Positions 55,971 through 64,000 of a DNA stretch of 64,000 bases are shown here, piece after piece (the stretch's first letter is position 1; every line of letters begins with the position of its first letter). The DNA lies in assembly GCA_965223905.1 (NCBI GenBank), contig CBDCXV010000011.1, positions 1,088,001-1,152,000 of the forward strand. The letters run 5' to 3'. Source of the DNA: Candidatus Latescibacterota bacterium (lineage in GTDB: Bacteria > Latescibacterota > UBA2968 > UBA8231). The notes below the pieces were generated by a model that saw nothing but the letters and a program-made list of their open reading frames with translations, did not search any database and was not told the DNA's origin. The position numbers and the translations under genes were made by a program.

Positions 55971-56183
55971 TCAAGCCAACATCAGCCGCTCGCCCTTGGG
56001 TTCGGGTATTGGATCGCCGAACTCTCTGGCTGTTTCAATCCAGAGAGCCATCGCTTCATTGACGTTTCTGAGTGCGGCTTCTTGCGTGTCACCATGAGCC
56101 ATGCATCCGGGAAGCTCAGGAACTTCGGCTACGAAGGCGCTGTCCACGTTACTCCAAAAAAGAATCACCTCGTATTTGTACAT
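55971..56183 (-). CDS. hicB: HicB family antitoxin (short form)
   Basis: FVAEVPELPGCMAHGDTQEAAL...PIPEP. Confidence 0.92.
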   Translation of the reverse strand: MYKYEVILFWSNVDSAFVAEVPELPGCMAHGDTQEAALRNVNEAMALWIETAREFGDPIPEPKGERLMLA

Positions 56184-56437
56184 CAGTCTTCTCCTCCCAG
56201 TCCGTATTTAAGAATTACTTTTCGAACCTGCTGCACCTGATAGGGCTTCGCATGGCCATCGTCACGCTGTAGGTTGATTTTCTCCGCAACACCATCCTTC
56301 CTGAAGATATGGTGGCTTCCCCTCACTCGCTCCACGAACCCCAGATTTCGGAGCAGACCACGCAAACCATCGAAGCGGACACTTGCATCAGAGCGACCGC
56401 CGAGAATCCTCTGCAACAGCTTCTTGTGCTGGTTCAT
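56183..56437 (-). CDS. hicA: HicA family toxin
   Basis: LGFVERVRGSHHIF...AKPYQV; TGATG overlap with hicB. Confidence 0.9.
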   Translation of the reverse strand: MNQHKKLLQRILGGRSDASVRFDGLRGLLRNLGFVERVRGSHHIFRKDGVAEKINLQRDDGHAKPYQVQQVRKVILKYGLGGED

Positions 56438-56476
56438 GCGCCAAGTTCCTGGGTCCCCTTGGGACTTCGCCCCCGA

Positions 56477-57415
56477 TCACGGCTTCCAGGTCTCGGCCAG
56501 CTCCGCGTACTCGCGCGCCTGCCCGGCGATGTCGACCCCCACCTCCTGCGACCAGGCTTCGAGCAGCTGCCTGTAGATCGGCCCGGGCTTGCCGTCCCCC
56601 ACGGGGCGGAAGTCGAATCGCGTGATCGGCACCATGCAGATGGTCGTGCTCGTGAACCAGGCCTCGTCCGCGGCGCGCACGTCGTAGGGCTCGATGTCGG
56701 CCTCGATCACCGGGTTGCCGAGCTTCTCGGCCAGCTCCATGCAGGCGCCGCGGGAAACGCCGCGCAGGATGTCGTGCGGTTTGGGCGTCAGGATGCGGCC
56801 GTCCCTGACCATGAAGAAGTTGTTCCCGGTGCCCTCGGTGACGAACCCGCGCTCGTCGGTGAGAAGGGCCATGGCCCCCTCCTCCATCCGGGTCACCTGG
56901 GTCTCGGCGATCTTGTAGAAGATGCGGCTGCGGTTCTTGGCCTTGGGATCGATGTAGCGGGCCGGGACCGACTGCTGCCGCGGGATGGCGAAGTGGGTCC
57001 CGGTGTCGAACCTGGAGGCCATGCCGCCGATGTGGCGGATCAGCGGGATGACGTTGATGGTGACGATCGGGGTCTCCCCCTCGCGCACCAGCTCGGCGTA
57101 GAGCCCGAGGACCCCGCGCGTGACGTCGTGCATGATCTGGAAGTCGTAGCCGCCGAGGGCCTCGCGGTTCTTCTCGATGGTCGCGAAGGTCGCCTCCTCC
57201 ATCTCGTCGATGGTCATGTCGAGGTCGATCTCGGCGTACTTGATCGATTCGTACAGGCGCTCGAGGTGGTGGCGCAGCCGGTAGGGCTTCTGGTTGAAGG
57301 TCCGCGTCATCTCGAACACCATGTCCCCGAACATCAGGGCGGAGTCGAATATGGAGATGCGCGCTTCGTCCTCGGGGACGTAGTCGCCGTTGAAGTAGAC
57401 CAGGCGCTTGGTCAT
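56477..57415 (-). CDS. Class IV PLP aminotransferase (IlvE/D-amino-acid transaminase family)
   Basis: GDMVFEMTR, HLERL, DPKAK, EGTGNNFF, ILRGVSR, ADEAWFTST. Confidence 0.92.
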   Translation of the reverse strand: MTKRLVYFNGDYVPEDEARISIFDSALMFGDMVFEMTRTFNQKPYRLRHHLERLYESIKYAEIDLDMTIDEMEEATFATIEKNREALGGYDFQIMHDVTRGVLGLYAELVREGETPIVTINVIPLIRHIGGMASRFDTGTHFAIPRQQSVPARYIDPKAKNRSRIFYKIAETQVTRMEEGAMALLTDERGFVTEGTGNNFFMVRDGRILTPKPHDILRGVSRGACMELAEKLGNPVIEADIEPYDVRAADEAWFTSTTICMVPITRFDFRPVGDGKPGPIYRQLLEAWSQEVGVDIAGQAREYAELAETWKP

Positions 57416-57550
57416 CTGGAAATCCTTTTCGGTTTATGTGCGATTGAAGCCAGCTGCTCTGGCGCGGCCGGCTGCCCGTTCGGCCCTCAGTAGTTTCGAA
57501 TCGGTCTCGACGGACCACCGTCGATGAAAGCCGGGGCAGCGTGACCCTAC

Positions 57551-58906
57551 TTAATAACCCAGCTGCCGGCCGACCTCGTCGATGCTCTCGAGCACGGCCT
57601 CGACCGAGCGCCGCACCTCGGCTTCCTCGATGGTGAACGGCGGGCTGATGGCTATGTGGTCGCCGTTGACGCCGTCGATGATGCCGGGCGCCCCCGGCAT
57701 GATGAGCACCCCCTTGTCGAAGCTGGCCTTGACCACCGCGGCGGTGACCCCCTGGCCGGGATCGAACGGGGTGCGCTGCTCCTTGTCGCGCACGAGCTCG
57801 ACCCCGGCAAGCAGCCCGCGGCCGCCGCGCACCTCGCCGGCGATGGGCAGGTCGAGCCCCTCTTGCAGCAGCTCGTACATCAATCCTCCCATCTCCGCGC
57901 ACTGCCGCACCAGGCCGCGGTCGTCGATGTACTTCTGCACCGCCAGCGCCGTGGCGCAGGAGAGCGGGTTGCCGCCGTAGGTGTGGCCGTGCACGAAGGC
58001 CCGGCTCCGGCTGTAGATGGCCTCGTAGATCTCGTCCGTCGCTACGGTCGCCGCGATCGGGGTGTAGCCGCTGCTCAGCCCCTTGCCGGTGGTCAGGATG
58101 TCCGGCACCACCCCGGGCCAGTGCTCGATGCCGAAGTCGACGCCGGTGCGGCCGAAGCCGGTGACCACCTCGTCGACGATGAGCAGGATGCCGTAGCGGT
58201 CGCAGATCTCGCGCACCCGCGGGAAGTAGTCGGGAGGCGGCGCCGCGCCGGCCGCGGAGGTTCCGAGGATCGGCTCGGCGATGAAGGCGGAGATGTTGTG
58301 CGCCCCCTCCTGCAGGATGACCCGCTCCAACTCATCGGGGGAGCTCGCCAGGCAGTCGCGGCACTCGCCGCAGTTGTCGCAACGGTAGGGGATCGGCGGC
58401 GGCAGGTGCGGAAAGTCCATCAGGTAGGGGCCGTAGTCGGCGCGCCAGCTGCTGCGCCCCGACATCGACATCGCCCCCACGGTGTTGCCGTGCCAGCTCT
58501 GCCAGCGGCTGATGACGCGGAACTTGCTTGGGTTGCCGGTCTCGACGTGGTACTTGCGCGCCATCTTCATCGCCGACTCGGTCGCCTCCGAGCCGCCCGA
58601 AGTGAAGAAGACGCGGTTGAGATCGCCGGGGGCGATGGCGGCGATCCTCTCGGCCAGCTCGACCTGCGGTTCGGTGAGGAACTGCGAGTAGGCGAAGCAG
58701 ACCTTGCCGGCCTGCTCGCGCATGGCATCGGCGACCTCCCGGACCCCGTGGCCGATGCTGACCACGTGCACCCCGGCGCAGGCGTCGAGATAGCGCCGGC
58801 CTTCCGAGTCGACGAGGTACACTCCCTCGCCGTGCGATACCACCGGCCAGGACTCCTTCAGCGTGCGGTGGAAGATGCGTGCGCCCGTCTCCAGGGCTGC
58901 GGTCAT
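57551..58906 (-). CDS. Class III PLP aminotransferase
   Basis: GRRYLDACAG, SGGSEATE, SWHGNT, FIAEP, DEVVTGFGRTG, PDILTTGKGLSSGY, HGHTY. Confidence 0.93.
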   Translation of the reverse strand: MTAALETGARIFHRTLKESWPVVSHGEGVYLVDSEGRRYLDACAGVHVVSIGHGVREVADAMREQAGKVCFAYSQFLTEPQVELAERIAAIAPGDLNRVFFTSGGSEATESAMKMARKYHVETGNPSKFRVISRWQSWHGNTVGAMSMSGRSSWRADYGPYLMDFPHLPPPIPYRCDNCGECRDCLASSPDELERVILQEGAHNISAFIAEPILGTSAAGAAPPPDYFPRVREICDRYGILLIVDEVVTGFGRTGVDFGIEHWPGVVPDILTTGKGLSSGYTPIAATVATDEIYEAIYSRSRAFVHGHTYGGNPLSCATALAVQKYIDDRGLVRQCAEMGGLMYELLQEGLDLPIAGEVRGGRGLLAGVELVRDKEQRTPFDPGQGVTAAVVKASFDKGVLIMPGAPGIIDGVNGDHIAISPPFTIEEAEVRRSVEAVLESIDEVGRQLGY

Positions 58907-58935
58907 GTCCAACCTCTTTCCCTTCTGATGCTGTT

Positions 58936-59748
58936 CTAGTGCTGGTCCCGCCTCGGCGGGATCTCCTGTTGTTTCAGCTCGCGGATCAGCTCGACGAGGC
59001 CGTCGACGGCCGCGGCGAGGAACCGCTCCCCCTTCTCCACGGTAGCCCGGGTGGCGTCTCCCATGACCCCGCTGGCGGTCTGCTGGCTCCAGTACGGAAT
59101 CAGCCGCGCCGCCGAGCCCTCCGGGTGCCTCCCCGAGATCAGGTCGGTGCGGAAGCTCGGCGACAGCGGCGAGCGCTCGTCGACGGCCCTGCTCATGTCG
59201 ACGAGCTCCGGCTTCATCGCCAGGTACAGGGAGGTCTCGTACTCGCCCGCGTGGGAGGTGCCGCCGTAGTCAGAGTCGCGGATCTCCTCCGCTTCCACCT
59301 TGACCTTGCGCACGTCCCAGTGGTTGACGGAGGCGCACAGGATGCCGCCGCCGTACTCGATCACCGACAGCCGCGCCGCCAAGTCGAGGGGGGAGGTGTT
59401 GCTGCCGTGGCCGTTGACGACAAGGATGCGCTTGAACCCGTGGTGGGCCAGCGAGCAGCAAACGTCCTTCACGTAGCGGATGAAGGTGTCCCAGCCGATC
59501 GTCAGGGTGCCGTGAAAGTCCATGTGGTGGGGGCTGTACCCGTGGGGCACGGCCGGAACCAGCACGGCCTCCTCCGGGATCTTGGAGACCGCCCTCTCGC
59601 AGACCCCCGTGCACAGCACCACGTCGGTGTCGACCGGCAGGTGCGGCCCGTGATCCTCGTAGGTGGCGACCGGCAGCACCGCGACCCGGTCCTGGGCGGC
59701 GGCATCCCTGATCTCGTACCAGATCATCTCGGCGAAGCGGTATTTCAT
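58936..59748 (-). CDS. Creatininase family amidohydrolase
   Basis: EDHGPHLPVDTD, SPHH, NGHGSN, HAGEYETS, GVMGD; ATG 59748. Confidence 0.93.
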   Translation of the reverse strand: MKYRFAEMIWYEIRDAAAQDRVAVLPVATYEDHGPHLPVDTDVVLCTGVCERAVSKIPEEAVLVPAVPHGYSPHHMDFHGTLTIGWDTFIRYVKDVCCSLAHHGFKRILVVNGHGSNTSPLDLAARLSVIEYGGGILCASVNHWDVRKVKVEAEEIRDSDYGGTSHAGEYETSLYLAMKPELVDMSRAVDERSPLSPSFRTDLISGRHPEGSAARLIPYWSQQTASGVMGDATRATVEKGERFLAAAVDGLVELIRELKQQEIPPRRDQH

Positions 59749-59794
59749 CTTTCCGACTCTCCTTGCGCCTGTGCGCGAATGCGGGACTTCAGAT

Positions 59795-60958
59795 CTACTC
59801 GATGCCGAGGCCGGCGTTGATCTCGGCCTGGTACCCCTCGAGCTCGCAGCGCTCGATCTCACGCAGGGTCACCGGGCGGCCGTGCCAGCCCGACTCGTAC
59901 ACGGCGGCGCAGATCGCCTGCGCCTTGAACCCCTCCATGCCGTCGACCTCGGGGCGGCCCTCGCTGCGCACGGCGCGGGCGAAATCCACCAGCTCGACCG
60001 CGACCGGGTGGGTCACTCCCCCGGGAAACAGCTGCTCCTCCCCCTCCTCGTCGAGACTGCCGCGGAACTCGGCTACCAGCTCCTCGTTCGACAGGTTTTC
60101 CCCCTGCCGCCCCCACAGGCCGGTCTCCCAGTCGAGGCAGCCCTCGCTGCCGTAGAGGACGCGGGCCCGGAACCCCTGCCCCGGGGCCGACCCCTGCCAC
60201 GTCCACTGGACCACCACGTCGTCCTCGAAGGAGACCAGGGCGTGCGACGAGTCCTCGACGTCGACGCTCCAGGCGCCGGCGCGTGCGGCGACGACGTCGT
60301 AGCGGAACGGCTCGTACTGCCGGGTCACGGCGAACACCTGGCGGGGCTGCAGGCCGAGGTGGTAGCGGAAGAGGTCGGCGAAGTGGACGCCGCCGTCGAG
60401 CACCCAGCCGCCCCCGGAATGCTGCCGGAAGCTGCGCCACCCCCACTTGCCCAGCGACTCGGACACGTCCTGCCAGTAGAAGGTGCGCGGCCTGCCGATG
60501 CGGCCGCGGCGGACCGCCCAGTGGCGCGCCCGCTCTTCGGGGGAGCGGCGGTACTGCTCGGCCACGGCGAGCAGGCTGCGGCTGCGGGTGGCCGCGTCGA
60601 CGATGCGCCGCGCCGCCCGCATCGTCACCCCGAGCGGCTTCTCGATGAGGACGGCGAGGCCGGCTTCGAGGCAGGGAACGGAGACCTCGTGGTGGGCGGA
60701 GTGCAGGGTGCAGATGTCGACCGCATCGAGCTCCGGGCCGCTGCCCAGCAGGTACTCGAGCCGCTCGAACACGGCCGGCTGCGAGCCCTGGACCTCCGCC
60801 ACCTGGACCGCCCGCTCCCGGGCGCGGTCCGCGTCAGGGTCGCAGACGGCGACGATGTCGAGGGGGCGGCGGTCCGCCCGTCGCAGCTCATCGAGACCGC
60901 TCACGTGGGCCCCGGACATGCCGCCGCATCCGATCAGTGCGGTTCGTACCGGTTCCAT
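59795..60958 (-). CDS. Gfo/Idh/MocA family oxidoreductase
   Basis: ALIGCGGM, EKP, DGGVHFAD; ATG 60958. Confidence 0.92.
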   Translation of the reverse strand: MEPVRTALIGCGGMSGAHVSGLDELRRADRRPLDIVAVCDPDADRARERAVQVAEVQGSQPAVFERLEYLLGSGPELDAVDICTLHSAHHEVSVPCLEAGLAVLIEKPLGVTMRAARRIVDAATRSRSLLAVAEQYRRSPEERARHWAVRRGRIGRPRTFYWQDVSESLGKWGWRSFRQHSGGGWVLDGGVHFADLFRYHLGLQPRQVFAVTRQYEPFRYDVVAARAGAWSVDVEDSSHALVSFEDDVVVQWTWQGSAPGQGFRARVLYGSEGCLDWETGLWGRQGENLSNEELVAEFRGSLDEEGEEQLFPGGVTHPVAVELVDFARAVRSEGRPEVDGMEGFKAQAICAAVYESGWHGRPVTLREIERCELEGYQAEINAGLGIE

Positions 60959-60963
60959 GCGGG

Positions 60964-62064
60964 TTATCTCCCGGCCCGCTGATCGGCGATCCAGGTCATG
61001 CTCTCGCCGCGCACCAGGAAGGAGCGCTCGTCCCAGACGCCGGGGCGCTCGACCGGGATCCTCCCCTCTTCCACGGCGACGTCCAGGGGGTTGTCCCGGG
61101 TCTTCAGGGGCAGGTCGACGCGCTCGTGCATGCGCGCCGACTCGTACACCGCCATCATCACCTCGAGGGTCGCCTTGCCGACCTCGCCGGTGTTGCGGTA
61201 GCTGTCGACCTTGCCCTCGATCCAGTCGACGATGCCGTTGGCCTGGTCCGTGAAGGCGTCCCCGTAGCCGCCCCGGGCCTGCTCCTCCGGCTCGAACTCC
61301 TGCCACCCCGCGGCCTTCGCGGTCAGGTGCCTCAGGCTGTTGTCCGAGACCACCATCATGCCGTCGGTCCCGTAGACCGTGGCCCCGACCATGTAGTTGC
61401 CGCTGAGCTCGTTCTCGATCACCCCGGTGGCCCCGTTCTCGTACCCGATCAGGCCGCAGCAGCGGTCCTCGACCCGGTGGCCGAAAATGTGGTGGTCGGT
61501 CTTGCGCTCCACTCCCCCCATGACCCACAGCGCCTTCGGGTCTCCGAGCAGGCAGAACTGGCAGTCGATGCCGTGGGTGCCGGTGTTCATCATGCCGGCG
61601 CGCACCCCCGTCCACAGCCGTTCCGGCTCGCCGATGGCGCCGTCGGCTATGAGCCGGGCCCCCTCGTTCCAGGAGGAGTAGAAGCGGCGCTGGTGTCCTA
61701 TGGCGAGCTTCACGCCGTTGCGCTCGCAGGCGATGATCATCGCCTCCCCCTCGCCGAGGGAGATCGCCATCGGCTTCTCGCACACCACCGCTTTGGGCTT
61801 GCCTGCGGCCGCGGCGATCGTCATCTCGGCGTGCTGCGGGTCCCAGGAGCAGACGCTGACGATGTCGAGCTCCTCTTTCTCCATCATCTCGCGGTAGTCG
61901 AGGTAAGTCGATTCCACCCCGAAGTCCTCGGCGTAGCTGGCCAGGGCCTCGGGATGGGAGTCGGCGATGGCCACGATCTCGGTCCGTTCACACCGGGTCC
62001 AACCGCGGCCGTGCTCGCGGGCGATGCGGCCGCTGGCGATGACCCCTACGCGATACTTTGCCAC
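60964..62064 (-). CDS. Gfo/Idh/MocA family oxidoreductase
   Basis: GVIASGRIA, CEKPMA, HQRRF, GTHGID; GTG 62064 after AGAGGAG. Confidence 0.92.
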   Translation of the reverse strand: MAKYRVGVIASGRIAREHGRGWTRCERTEIVAIADSHPEALASYAEDFGVESTYLDYREMMEKEELDIVSVCSWDPQHAEMTIAAAAGKPKAVVCEKPMAISLGEGEAMIIACERNGVKLAIGHQRRFYSSWNEGARLIADGAIGEPERLWTGVRAGMMNTGTHGIDCQFCLLGDPKALWVMGGVERKTDHHIFGHRVEDRCCGLIGYENGATGVIENELSGNYMVGATVYGTDGMMVVSDNSLRHLTAKAAGWQEFEPEEQARGGYGDAFTDQANGIVDWIEGKVDSYRNTGEVGKATLEVMMAVYESARMHERVDLPLKTRDNPLDVAVEEGRIPVERPGVWDERSFLVRGESMTWIADQRAGR

Positions 62065-62083
62065 TTCATATCTCCTCTGTCGG

Positions 62084-63919
62084 TTAGCGCGCTCTGCCGC
62101 TGCGCAACGGGTTGTCTTTCGAGAACGGTGTTTTTCCGGTGTTGCGGACCCGCAGCCAGGACAGGTAGGGGGAGCCCCCTTCCCCGGCGCTGGCGAAGTC
62201 GCACAGGCGCACCTTTCCCCCGGCCCCCTCCATGTCGACGGCGACGACCGGGTCCGTCCCGTCGACTTCCGCCAGCTCCGGATCCACCTCCTCCGCATCG
62301 AGCTCGGGCAGCTCGGCCGGGTCGAGGCTGTTGAGGCGGCGGTCCCAGGTCAGCAGGACCGGGCCGCGGTACAGGGAGGTCTTGCCGCGGCACTGCTTCT
62401 CCCCGCGCCAGAAATGGAGGGAGAAGTCGAGGTCGAGATCGACGCGGTCCCCCCGCCGCCAGGTGCGGCTTACCTCGGCGTAGGAGCCGGCTTCGGCGGG
62501 GACCGGCTCGCCGTTGACGCGCAGGGACGTCTGCTTCGACCAGTGGGGGATGCGCAGCTTGAGGGCGAACTCCGCCGCCCTTGCGGGACTGACCCGCAGC
62601 CGTACCGAGCCCAGGCGCGGGTACTCCGTCTCCTGCTTCAGCTCGACCGAGGTGCCGCCGGCCCGCACCGTCATCGACCCGGGGCCGTACCAGTTGAGGA
62701 TCAGCCCTCCCCGCTCCCTCATCAGCGCCCAGTCGCCGATCATGCCCAGCGCCCGCGGGCCGTTGACGCTGCAGCAGTTGAGCTCAGGGCTGCCGGCGCG
62801 CGCCTGGAAGACGATGTCGTGGGCGCTGGCGTTGCGCACCCCGTCCATCGGGGTGTTGTAGGTCACCCAGCGGCCGGAGCGGGAGTGCAGGCCGAAGCCG
62901 GAGTTGAGGGTCGCCAGCTCGATCTCGTCGGCGACGACGGAGCTGCCGGTCAGCTTGAGCATCTCGACGCTCATCGCCAGCCAGGCGACGGTGCAGCAGG
63001 TCTCGATGGCGGCCCGGTGGTAGGGGTTGCCCTGCGCCTTCTCCCCCGAGGTGAAGCCGCCGTTGTTGTGGCGGTCGAGCTTGACGATGCTCCACCAGAT
63101 GTGCTCGAAGGCGGTGCGGAAATCCTCCTTCCCGGTGAGCCAGAAAAGCTCGGCCATCCCCATGATCGGGTGCAGGCTCTCCCAGCGCGGCTTCGGAGTG
63201 GCGTAGAACTCCTCCCCTGCCAGGGCGGTGCGCAGGTAGTCTCCGGCGGGGCCGTCCGGCCCGCGGGCGCCGAACTCGCCGGCGATCTGCAGGGCCATGT
63301 CGAGATAGCGCTGCTCCGCGACCTTGCGGTAGAGGAGGCAGAGGGAGTGGATGACGGCGAGGTTCATCTCGCTGCTGCCGGTGTCGACGAGGCGCCTGCC
63401 GCGCCCTTTGCGGCCGAGGAACTTGTCACAGACCAGGTCGCCCATGCGCCGGGTGCACTCCAGGGCCTGGCCGCTGCCGCTCTCCCCGTGCCAGAGCAAC
63501 AGCCCGAGCATGGCGTGGTAGTGGCCCCAGGCGTCCCACGTCCTCATCCCCTTGCGATTGGGCGCTTTGCCGGTCAGCCGACAGGCGCGTGGCCAGGGGC
63601 CGAGGTACCCGTCCTCCGCCTGCAGGGAGGCGAACTCGGCGGCGAAGCGCCCGAGGTGGCGGCGCAGGTCACTCTCCCCGGTGAGCCGCAGGATCTGCAC
63701 CGAGCTGGTCAGGTACTTGCCGGCGAACTCCCCGGCCCAGGGGACCATGTCGCGCAGCGGGTAGCGGTCGCGGTCGCGGAACATGTCGAGCATCGCCGGG
63801 TTGGCCGCCGGCGCCGGCTTCACCCACTGCTCGGTGACGTTGGCGAGGTACTCGGCGGCGAATCCCTGGAGGCGGTAGGCGGGCCGGGCCGGGCGGGTGC
63901 AGGCGGGTGTTAGGGTCAT
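62084..63919 (-). CDS. Glycoside hydrolase family 127 (beta-L-arabinofuranosidase-like)
   Basis: WAGEFAGKY, QAEDGYLG, ETCCTVAW, NCCSVNG, LRIPHW, YRGPVLL. Confidence 0.9.
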   Translation of the reverse strand: MTLTPACTRPARPAYRLQGFAAEYLANVTEQWVKPAPAANPAMLDMFRDRDRYPLRDMVPWAGEFAGKYLTSSVQILRLTGESDLRRHLGRFAAEFASLQAEDGYLGPWPRACRLTGKAPNRKGMRTWDAWGHYHAMLGLLLWHGESGSGQALECTRRMGDLVCDKFLGRKGRGRRLVDTGSSEMNLAVIHSLCLLYRKVAEQRYLDMALQIAGEFGARGPDGPAGDYLRTALAGEEFYATPKPRWESLHPIMGMAELFWLTGKEDFRTAFEHIWWSIVKLDRHNNGGFTSGEKAQGNPYHRAAIETCCTVAWLAMSVEMLKLTGSSVVADEIELATLNSGFGLHSRSGRWVTYNTPMDGVRNASAHDIVFQARAGSPELNCCSVNGPRALGMIGDWALMRERGGLILNWYGPGSMTVRAGGTSVELKQETEYPRLGSVRLRVSPARAAEFALKLRIPHWSKQTSLRVNGEPVPAEAGSYAEVSRTWRRGDRVDLDLDFSLHFWRGEKQCRGKTSLYRGPVLLTWDRRLNSLDPAELPELDAEEVDPELAEVDGTDPVVAVDMEGAGGKVRLCDFASAGEGGSPYLSWLRVRNTGKTPFSKDNPLRSGRAR

Positions 63920-64000
63920 ACAGGTATCCCGTGAACAGGTGAGATGAGTTGCAGGCTGATGCGCGGTGCTGCCGTTCCTAGTCGGGCCAGCGCGCCAGCA

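Noticed and set aside
1-64000. CRISPR arrays, tRNA/rRNA genes, IS transposases, integrases, reverse transcriptases
   Set aside because: None recognised by eye or in the ORF track. Short ncRNAs cannot be excluded without a covariance-model search.

Overview
High-GC bacterial window, roughly 68-70% GC by eye with several lower-GC patches. The gene content is two PhyH dioxygenases, SUMF1/FGE-domain proteins, a DUF6785-type membrane protein, sialidase-like propellers, Gfo/Idh/MocA enzymes and many secreted hypotheticals. That mix resembles Latescibacterota/Poribacteria-like lineages (inference only). The most notable feature is a co-oriented 12.8 kb minus-strand cluster (6065-18882) in which every gene encodes an exported protein. 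It holds a PpiC-type chaperone lipoprotein, two lipoproteins, a protein with a C-terminal TAVExxSWGxVK tag, three paralogues ending in a (F/L)(T/S)PNGDxxND...WDG...(V/I)AY FlgD-Ig/T9SS-CTD-like domain, and an 876 aa probable beta-barrel. This is a candidate undescribed surface-assembly/secretion system. A fourth, internally deleted paralogue lies at 47637-48754. The rest comprises an amide/peptide catabolism region (M20, GGT, amidohydrolase, OPT-DUF1177-AroM), a glycoside/amino-compound catabolic run (GH127, GH36, dehydrogenases, aminotransferases, sialidase-like), small lower-GC toxin-antitoxin/defence insertions (higBA, fused antitoxin-PIN, AbiEii remnant, hicAB-mrr) and a self-nested palindromic micro-element. 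About a dozen frameshifts occur, many in homopolymers, so some are probably sequencing or assembly errors. No rRNA, tRNA, CRISPR array or transposase was recognised.
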